Source: Kudoa neothunni (Eukaryota; Animalia; Cnidaria). Taken from it: a stretch of 64,000 nucleotides of DNA. How positions within the stretch are numbered: the stretch's first letter is position 1; each line of letters begins with the position of its first letter. Position numbers and translations under genes: made by a program. The stretch lies in contig OZ199838.1 of NCBI GenBank assembly GCA_964304625.1, forward strand, positions 734,481-798,480, written 5' to 3'. Shown in pieces: positions 54,067-64,000 of the stretch. The notes beneath the pieces are model-generated. The model saw only the letters and a program-made list of their open reading frames with translations, was not told the DNA's origin and ran no database searches.

Positions 54067-56988
54067 GTGTGTATTATCAGTCGCAACCAGGCAATGCCCA
54101 TTCGTTCGTTCAAATTTCGTTTGTTCGTGTTCGTATCCGCTTTTAGATACATTACGTCTAAATTGAGTGTGGAAAATGTTGAAGGGGCCTTGAAAGCTGG
54201 TAGACTTTTCTCTTGGAAAAAACCTACAACGCGTTCTAAAGAATGGGACAATTTCTGTTCCATCTTTACTAAAGACGGGGTCGATACATCCCAAATTGAT
54301 TTTATTGTTTGCACAAAGTGCAACAAAGTGCAACAAAGTATTCCCGCATAAGTCGTCTTACGGGAATAGGAAATTTATTAGTCATAATAAGTTACACACT
54401 CGAACAAATAAAGATATAAAAATTATTGAATTATATGTTTCACCTCCCTTCATTGTTAATTTAAGCGTATCAGATCAGGTAATGTTTGACATTAAAATTG
54501 CTAATTTTGTAGCTGAAACAATCTCCCCGTTTACAATAACAGAAAGGGCATCGTTTACAGAGATGATAAACATGCATTTAACTTAGGAAATATTTCAATG
54601 AACCTAGTGCTAGGCTTAAAATTTTATCCAAAAATATGCGGTAAACAAATAATTATAAATGAATATGAGCGTATATATTTAAAAAGGAACAAATTAATTA
54701 AAACAATCAATCCATTCATTGATATATCAGTGTTGTTTGTTAAAAGTTTCACCCTTCGACATTTCCAATATGACATGATCTATTTTCCTGTGAAACACAC
54801 CGCAGTAAATATAAATAAAATCTGCACGGAATTTTGTAGTAAATTTTCAGTTAACAAATCTGATCTAAGAATTGTTTGTGATTCCGAAACAAACAATCTA
54901 TCAGGTCTAAGAGAGTTCAACACAATCAGGTGTGCTTCACACCGCCTTCACATTATTATATCTCAATTTTTTTTATGTAAACATTTTTGCATGTAACCAT
55001 TATTGAAAAAAAATTAAGAATTAATACCAAAGATCCCGGAATCTTCGAAAAGCCACTCATTACGTTATGAACTGGATAGTGACTCAGAAGATTTACAATC
55101 AGAAATTCAACTGTACACCCAAGAAAAAGTCAGCCAGGTTTACCAAAACCACTCATGTATTGGGAAAACTCAAAGGTAATCATAGAAAAATTGCAACTAA
55201 AGTGTATAGTCGTCGACCAGCATCCAATTCAATGTCAGAGAGGGTGTTTTCATACGCTTGAAAAATGTTATCCAAGTCTAGATATAGACTTGATCCAAAC
55301 ACATTAAGAAAATTAATAGTCTACACTAATACTATTAAGAATAAGACATTTTTGAAGTAAAATTAATTCACTTCTAATTATTAAACTTTAAAATTAAGGT
55401 TTGAAAGTATTGTAATCATTCTAAAAAACGTCTAGACAGATTTGACTATAGCATTACTTAATATGGCGATCATCTCTTTCGTAAATCGAGTTAATTATCT
55501 CTGAAAAAAAAACACTGATGTCAAATTTTTATTTGGTATTAAAATAAGAAATTATGACATATGAGGAGGTAACATACCTCAACAAAATCTGTAGATCATG
55601 GTAAAGATCATAATTGTTTATATTCAATGCCTCATACTTTTTTCGCTCTAAATTTAATAGTAATTTCATATCCAAGGTCGTTTTGGTAATGGCGAAGTGA
55701 TGGCACCTAAATACGTCTTCTCGCGCATTTTTTTCAATTTCTTTTTTTCTAAAAACATTGAATTTTTGTCTAATTTGTTTTGATATCCACTCATAAGTTG
55801 GTTATTTATCATATTATCTAGCATATAAACATAAATTTTACAATATCAGATTTATCTATACATGTTTTTATTGGTTTTAATTATGAATGGTTTGAAAACG
55901 AGGAAAACCACATGCTCTCAAAATGCATTTTCTTAATTTTCTTAGAACTGCTGAGTTTTTTTTAATAATACATCAAAATTACATTTTAGGTAAACATTTA
56001 ATTTCCATAGGTAAGTAAATTAAGGTTGATTATACGAAGTTATTATTTTATAGGAAATTTTCTTAGGTTTGTGTTTAGTATAATATTCGATTGACGTAAA
56101 AATGTTGTTATTTCAATATATTTATTAGTTTTAGTCGTATATATAAACCGATAAAAATAACAACCGTAGTTAACATATAGTATTTTCGTATGGTAATATT
56201 CTTAATTCGTATATATTGCTGAAATTTTGGTTACTAAATTTTGACATATACAAAAACTTACAAAACAATAAAAATTTACCTCAATATTTTTTCCCCCACA
56301 TTTTCAAATACTAAAAAGTAAAAAAATTTAATAATACAATTTTATAATATTTATTTTCTGGATTTTAATAATAAAAAATAAATAAATTCATAATTTCTAA
56401 CAAAAAATTTAATGAAAAAAAATTATAAACTAAAACTATTCGAACGACAGTATTATATATGTTTTTAAATTATATAAGTATTTTCGTTATAGTGTAAAAT
56501 GAGATCTTTTGTGAAACACGCAATAAGTTTATTCTTAAAGTTAGTCTATATAAAATTGTTATATATCAACAGTTAAAACCTAAATAGTAATAATAAATAA
56601 CTTTTGGATTAATAACTAAATGAGAAACGGAAAAATTCAATGTTTGTTGAAAAAATATGGAGATTACATGTGTAATCGACTGCGATCGGATGAAAAATTC
56701 TGAAAATTTTGAAGTTATTATTTTAAGCTAAATTTTTTCTCATCTTATTCTTTTATTTTAGTATGGACAATCGTGCACCAGCGCTATGGTCCATAGTCAA
56801 CTAAAAGGTCCCGCCACTTTTATCTTGGAAGGTTATGGTTCGACCCTCGTCCGCTACACCGTGTACTTTATCACTATCCCCGCACACGAAACACACGAAT
56901 AGTTTCGTTCGTGGTTATAAATATGAAGAAAACTTCGGTCGATCATGACACGAACGGGCATTGTCTGTTTGCAACGGTTAATACGCAG
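54067..56988 (+). mobile_element. hAT-superfamily element with BED finger (decayed copy 2, internal deletion)
   Basis: BED finger, IVCDSETN, IRCASHRLH and PASNSMSERVFS (hAT dimerization motif). Imperfect ~35-bp TIRs: gtattatcagtcgcaaccaggcaatgcccattcg versus the reverse complement of the right end, gtattaaccgttgcaaacagacaatgcccgttcg. Confidence 0.85.
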
Positions 56989-59687
56989 TTTTTTGATGGT
57001 CATGAGGGGATTACTTATTATCGGTTGCCTACTGTAAATATATGTTTCCATATCAATCAATTATACGAAAATCTAATATCTACCCCCTTATTTTGAGGTA
57101 ATATTCTTTTTAATATAATTTATAAATCCCAAACTTCTATTACAAGATTATGATGAAGTAATTTTTTCATAATTTCACTTTTATTAATTATTTTGTCACC
57201 TATAAATACAAAACTATGAAGTCTGAAAATATTAATAAACGAAATAGTTATGCGTGGTAATTCCTATCCTGCAACAACAGGAACTTAATTATATATTAAA
57301 GTGATATATTAAACGTAATATTGATTTCATATGACGATGAATAATTTTTAGATTACTAAAATAAAAAAAATCCCAAATGTTTGTTGTTATTATTTATTAA
57401 TTAATGTACGTTTTGATACTTTCAAGGCTTACACTCAGATAAATAAACAAATCCTTAATTGAGAACATTTAAAAACAATTATAATAAAATAATTATATGT
57501 TCCTATTTCCAACCTAAATTATCCGATAATCTTCCTTATCTTGTTTCGATTTTTGTTTTGAAAATTTTTATGATTTTATGCGTGAAATTTAAAAAATATT
57601 AACAATAACATCAATCCTATATTATAATTATTTATTTTTCTGATATCATGTTATACTGATATTTTTATTGTAATTACATATTTTGCTAAAAATATAATGT
57701 ATTTATTCCACATTCGACGAGTTATTTAACATCTTTTACATCCCATTCATTATAAATAAAATTATTTAATTTTAGTAAAATAATCAGGCATAAAGATTAA
57801 GTTTACGAAGAAATTTTAAAAAATTACAAAATAATAGTTTAGCAAACAATATTTAAAATCTATGTCGTTTAAACAATTCCAATTAATGCGAAGGATATCG
57901 TGTTCAATTTTTACAATAGTTCAAATCTGTAAGTATAGTTCCATGTATAATAATGAATAAATAAAATAATTTTATTAATTAACTGGCTATTGACACGGTA
58001 AATAATATTCGGGTGCTATTAGTTTTGACTATATTAATTATTAGCTCACGCTCGAGGTTCTTGCCCAATGTTTTTACTTAATCAATTTTTTTTTGTAATT
58101 TTTATTATTTTATTAAAATATTAATAAAATAAAACATAGAGAGAATAGGTTTCTTTAATTCATGAAAATCGCACAACATGAATTCTGAAGCTGATATCTC
58201 CACCAAATTGTTTTCAACAATTTAAATTAAATGTTGTTTCAATATATGTTAATACATTGGTGTATGTTATGCGGCGTATTTTTAGTATTTCAATGTTTTA
58301 TCGGAATATCTAAATCGAATAATCAGATTATTTTATTTAATTAATCATCACATGCTCCCGTTAAATTTGTTCAAGTTATTTTTCCATAAAAAAATAATTA
58401 ATTAGTGAACAATATATTTTAAGTTTCTAAATACACGAAAAATAGATCAAATTACCTTCCCCACAAAAGAATAATAATAATAATCATCTAAATATAACAC
58501 CATATATTCTCGTGCACTGTGTCACGTTATACTCGGAATATGACCCTGATATTATGCAGAAAAGTAAATACAAATAAATATTACATAAAATAGCCAGATA
58601 CGTTCTTGTGATAAAAATTTATTTTTTACTAATGAATAAAAAGCGTAAAGATTTAGATTATTTTAGCTCGAATTTAAGCGCATATCGTTAAGTGGTTTCT
58701 TAAATGCCTAATCAAGATTAATCTTGAAAATATCAACCGATAATCTCTAGAAGAGACTCTCTACTAAGGCTTTACACAAAATTGGAATAAGTTACAATAT
58801 GTGTGTCAATTTCTGGTGGTATCGAATAAACAACCGGAAATGTTGTTTCCTACAATTCGTCCTGTTAGTTTACTTCGTATTTGATAAATATTTCAAAAAA
58901 TTTTAATTTTTCTATAATTATAAATTTTTAAAGAGAAATCTAGGCTAAACTGCAGTTTGGGGTGATTCATCGGGATTGTCGGAAAGACTTCCGCATCGGA
59001 TTTTAAAATTGAGTTTTCGATAGATAATGTAGCCACTATGTCACTAGAAGACTCGTTTTTTTTTTAAATCCGATTTAAAAAACTTTTTAAGTCGCTATAA
59101 ATTTGGGGTTGTTACCAAATGTTAAAAAATGTGGTAAATGCTTATCAGATGTGTATTTGATAAATCGGAAAAATAAAAATGATTCGTATATATTTTTTTT
59201 CTTCGCATACGCGTTTACGCCGAATTTCGTTTAACCGAAATATCAGTATCCGAAAGGAAGATACTAGGTCCCAACATTATTAGATAAACGGGGTTCGATT
59301 GTATATAAGTCATTTTATAATATCATTGGGAATATGATTGTTATTCTTGTATTGGCCTTTCTTTTAACAGAGAGTCTAATGTATGAAAATAAAAATTACA
59401 TAATTATCAAATTAATTAATATATTTTGGAATTTCTTAATTAAAAAAAACTGTTTTTATATTATTTATTTTTTTATCTCATATAAGTATTTAAATTTATG
59501 ATTATGATAATAGCATTCTTATAACACGATATATTTTTGACATTTTGTCAATTGTTTGTTAATTTTATGTATATCAAAAGCGAAAGGCATCGACAAAAAA
59601 TTGTTCTGATTTTCATAGTGAAATCAATGGGTTTTTAACTTATTCATATTATCTAAATAATTAGATGTGACAAGTTTTAATTTAGAC

Positions 59688-60230
59688 ATAATATGTTTGA
59701 GTCGGATATATGGAATGATTGGAGTTGTCATTGTTTCTCTTTCGCATTCGGATCAAATAATCGATCAGTGGTGTGGCAAATCCAATTGGAAAATTACCGG
59801 CTTGGTATGAGAGTGTCTTGCTTGCAGATCTCAATCTTGGATGAACATATGTGTTCTTCTTGTATTGGAGTGTTTTATCATTAACAGTTCCATTTAATTT
59901 GCCATCTTAATATATATTTATTATAGAGTTAAATTTTATACATTATTTGGTTAAGAAATTTTGTTAATATTACTTTGTCTAGTAAGTAACTGATTCCTAT
60001 TATAATCCTTTATAACCAATGGTGGTGATTGGTTTTTTATTTTTTTGAGTTCCGCCAGAAACTTTTCCTATAATTTAATAGGTCACATCATAATTGTACA
60101 GATTTATAACATAAATAGGTTAGTTAACGTATAATTCTACCAATATAATGAATATAAGTTAATTACCTTGGGGGTTTTTTGAACGTAGCAATCCAAGAAA
60201 AACACTAAAATATCTCATAGGTATTTTACA
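59688..60230 (-). other. Exon-like fragments of an unidentified multi-exon gene
   Basis: An open minus-strand exon follows an AG acceptor: DGKLNGTVNDKTLQYKKNTYVHPRLRSASKTLSYQAGNFPIGFATPLIDYLIRMRK...YYV*. It is preceded by GT-AG-bounded segments of ~45-100 nt. No family recognised. Confidence 0.35.
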
Positions 60231-60276
60231 CTAATATAATAGTCGACATAATACACATAATTATTATTTGTATCGA

Positions 60277-60359
60277 GTAACTTGAAAACATCTCGTTGAG
60301 AATTGTTAATATCACACCTAATGAGTATATTAGTAACGTGATATCGTTTTCAAGTTACT
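60277..60359. repeat. Small inverted repeat, MITE-like
   Basis: agtaacttgaaaac ... gttttcaagttact (14-bp perfect arms, extendable with mismatches). Confidence 0.6.
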
Positions 60360-60924
60360 TATATACAATGAGATTAAAAGATTAGTCTTATATATTAATA
60401 TTGGCTTAATGAATAATTTGCGGAATTTATGTTAGAAAAACTTTATTCTCTATTCATATAATAATAAAAAAATACTTTATATTTATTTCAACTATTTATA
60501 AAACAATTTACACGTCAATTAATAATTTTAATTAAATTTATTTGTTCATATGATTAACTACTAAGACCTTTCAAATGATTTTTAACATATTCTGGCGTTA
60601 AAACTTTATTAAAATTAAATAAAAAATTATTATTAAGAATTATAACCTATAATCATGTTAATTATTGCATTCCATGCGAATATAGCCATCCCATATGAAA
60701 ACTCTTACTAAGAAGGTTCCCCTGATAATAATTCAAGAAGACAAAACATTTAAGTTAAGAAATTATATGATTGCAAAAACGTGGCGGCATTATGATTATA
60801 ATTAGAATGCTTTAGTTATTAATATTTTATAACTAAAATTGCAAAAATTTTTGCATAAATATTTCTGCGCATTAATAATTATTTGATCAAGTAACAACTT
60901 TGATGAAATTACTATCGTTTAATC

Positions 60925-63069
60925 CAGAGGTCTTTAAACTTCTTGTGGCTAGGCCGCATTGACAACTTAAACCGAAAAAACTTGAAAATCTAAATAAGTG
61001 CGCATACGAAATTCTTAGAGGCGAGATAATACAAATAAATAAGTATAACAGAAACAATAATAAGTTTATTTTCTATTATGTGGGTAATGAAGCAGTTTCA
61101 TATCTGATATAATAACATCCCTTTGTGGCGTGAATCTTGACGTCCCTATCATCAATATTGAATTTAAGTGTTCGTCAGACAACTGTGTTCTGTTCTGTAT
61201 GCGGATTTCACATATTTCATTTTTGAGAATGTTTTCTCGCGCAAATAAGTTGTGGTAGGTAAATATTGATATGTATATCTACTAGCACAAGTTAAAAGAT
61301 TCGGAAAATCATGACGAGACAAAAGCTTATAAAATTATAATAAATTGTTTTCATTATATTTACGTTTGTATATTTCATTTGCAACTGTGCAGGTAATTGG
61401 TCGATGTAACATCTAAAAGGATTTCCTATTATTAAATATTCGAGGAAATTGTCTCAGTATCATTGAAACGCTTATCTAACTGCTGCATTAAATTTGGAAG
61501 AGTGTCTTGGATGGCAACAGTTGAAAAAGATACATTACTTTGTTGGGCGTACTTTTCACAGCGTAATATATGAGTGAAACAATTAATATTTAATTGTGAA
61601 TTAAATAAAATAAATTTCTGTTGAAACGCTTCCATTAATGAGTACACATCGTTTATTAACAAAGTTTCACCTTGGAATTTAGGATTGAAATCGTTCAGGT
61701 GTAATGTCAAATTTGCAAAAAAAGCCCATTTCTGTCTTAAATAAAAGAATCGACTTAAAACCTTTCCACAGCTAAGCCACCTCACATTTGTGTTATATGG
61801 CAAATCCGAGTGTTCTACAATTCTACATTTGAATCTTTTAAAAATTCTTTAAATTGTCTATGATGGAGTCCATTCCATGTTACCGGATAAAAATAACAGT
61901 GGAAACCAAGGGATTTAATACTGATGACAGATCTATATTCTTTCCACAGAGATCTTGTTGATGAGTAATACATTGAAGCGCCAAAGATTTTTGTCCGTCT
62001 AAGCCTTTAATTTTTCCACTCATATTTCTACACTCATTAGTAGTGATGCGTATAGGTTAATTCCAGCTTAGATTAAAATTATGGAATGACTTTTCAATCT
62101 CTTTAAATAGATCGAGATCCCTTGTAGTTCCAGTTCCATACATGCTATGTACAAAGAGGAGTTCCTCTGTAGCTTTCAACCTGATATTTCCCCTCTAATG
62201 AAAAATAACTGTTGAGAGGTGTTTGAAATATCAGTGGATTCATACAGTGGGATAGAAAAGCAGACAAATTTCTCTATTTTATCTCATAATTACGAAATAA
62301 TATTTTCACCAATATTCTTCACTCTAAGACTTATTGTGTGTGTGCCGAAAGATTTTATCAGCAAATGATTTTCCTTTTTTCGGCTAACAAATAGACCAAG
62401 CGAAAACTAACCCTTGTAGCTAGCCGATTCATTTTTTTTGCAAAATTTTTTTGAAGATCAATTGCCTCTACAAAATATTATTTTTTAATGTTCTGGACTT
62501 CTCCGTTCAAACAATTCCATTGTTTTTAAATACTCCGGCGAATATTAAATTCTTTCAGTATTGCGATAGTGTTGTCACAAATAACACTATTGCTTTGTTG
62601 CCCAATTTGTTAATAAAGTACTCTGTGTTCCACCAATCGTTAAATATTTGGCATTCAAGGTCGATTTTTCTTATTCTTCCATAATCCATCATTCGCACAC
62701 GATGAATCGAAGAGACGGGCGTGAAAACGAACACAGGTCAACGAGAATGATTGAAACCCCTGATTGTTACACGTGTCATTAAACAGTCATTTAACCAATA
62801 AAAGATTCTATATTTAAATCAAAATTTGAAATACGAATAAAGGGTAATATTAGTATACGAGTATCGAGAAGGTAAACTTTTCAATGTTTATGATTAAGTT
62901 TAATAATAATTACAATAACAACTTAATTATGAATGCAACAAACAATTGTTATGCGAGTTTTTTACCATTTATTTGCAAAGTAAAACTAATTAACTAAATT
63001 TTACGTCATTATGGAAACGTCATTGGGCCGGATTGAAAATATTGGCGGGTCATAATTTTGAGACCCCTG
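60925..63069 (-). mobile_element. Full-length hAT transposon of the SPIN/Charlie (GTF2IRD2-like) group; transposase disrupted
   Basis: TIRs cagaggtctttaaact and caggggtctcaaaatt, with a perfect 8-bp TSD gtttaatc (60917-60924 and 63070-63077). Protein remnants: RKIDLECQIFNDWW, QCITHQQDLCGK, LPYNTNVRWLSCGKVLSRFF and LHLNDFNPKFQG. Confidence 0.93.
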
Positions 63070-64000
63070 GTTTAATCTAAAAAAATTGTCCGCTACATAT
63101 TATACAAATATTGGTAGTTATTAGAGTTTAAATGAATATATGAGAAGATAAAATAATATCGAATATAATTAAAATGAAAGAGTTTAAATTTGAATTATCA
63201 AAATATTTTCTATCTTTTACTGAAGAAAATTTATTCGATCGTATAATTCATTAATATTGTTGTGGAAGTTTCAACATAAATGCCACTAATTTTTGTATTC
63301 TCTAAAAGTATTCTTTTTGATATTTAACGATATATGGACGAATAGTCATTAAAATACAATTACAACATTACAACTGAGCAATAATTGTATCAAAAGGAAA
63401 ATAATCATATTCCTAAAAGATTTTACATCAAGAAATATTTCGATGTTGTTACTTAATTAAGAGAGTGTGTCTAACAAATTCAGGTTGTTGTACTCAACTT
63501 AGGTAAAATTCTTTCTAGTTTATTAAATAATCAATTCTTAGAGAATAATGCACTTGATTACAAAGTGAATAGTTTAAATTGTATTTTTCGACGTAAACAA
63601 AAACTATTCTATATTGATTATTGATTCATATACCAGTTTTTTGAATTTGTTTTAAATTTCTCAATAATAAAAAATAATGCTATATTCATTATTTAAAAAA
63701 TATTATTTATTGTTTTCGGTTATTAGCATTTTTCTGCGATGATAAACATAAAAAAAACACATATAGGTAATGCATTAATTCTTAGCGCGTGCCCCGAGGG
63801 AGTTCAATATTTGCACCTCAAATAGTCACCATCTACGTATTATTTATTTTCGGTTGTCAACATACAGTATTTAGAAAGAACACGAATTCTTGTGTTCATT
63901 TTAAGACAATGACCTACCTATGCTAAGATGCATTTTTATGGAAATTTTAAAAGATATTTAAAATCACTCCATATTAACATTTGTACTTACACTCTGGGTC

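Noticed and set aside
60680-60760. Mirror partner of the NTPDase-like gene (minus-strand LLSKSFHMGW)
   Set aside because: One short, weak motif and no other NTPDase landmarks.
1-64000. CRISPR array, rRNA, tRNA or prokaryotic operon
   Set aside because: No regularly spaced repeats or recognisable structural RNA were found. The IS1595- and IS630-like hits fit their eukaryotic relatives, Merlin and Tc1, within intron-containing DNA.

Overview
Very AT-rich, gene-sparse eukaryotic DNA. It is almost certainly metazoan: it carries Kunitz domains, HAUS1 and short GT-AG introns, mostly 41-51 nt. The compact introns and extreme protein divergence resemble a reduced parasite such as a myxozoan, orthonectid or dicyemid, but that is inference. 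Manual splicing recovers genes the ORF track shows only as fragments: (1) a degenerate GDA1/CD39 (apyrase/NTPDase)-like secreted protein, 7524-12616 +; (2) a secreted five-domain Kunitz protein, 18681-20027 +; (3) two SLC46-like MFS transporter paralogs with identical intron positions, 23925-25490 + and 51069-52672 -; (4) two saposin-like genes, about 32.5-33.3 kb + and 46.9-47.7 kb -; (5) augmin subunit HAUS1, 37986-39203 -. Much of the rest is decayed cut-and-paste DNA transposons: hAT (one with TIRs and an 8-bp TSD), Merlin/IS1595-like, Tc1/IS630-like, pogo, piggyBac and MITEs. Three observations stand out. First, there is a mirror arrangement, MFS> saposin> ... <saposin <MFS, bracketed by an inverted hAT pair. 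Second, an apyrase-like, a Kunitz, saposin-like and SLC46-like genes are co-located, which suggests a host/blood-interface island. Third, the splice donors have essentially lost the +5 G. All family calls come from motif recognition by eye, not database searches.
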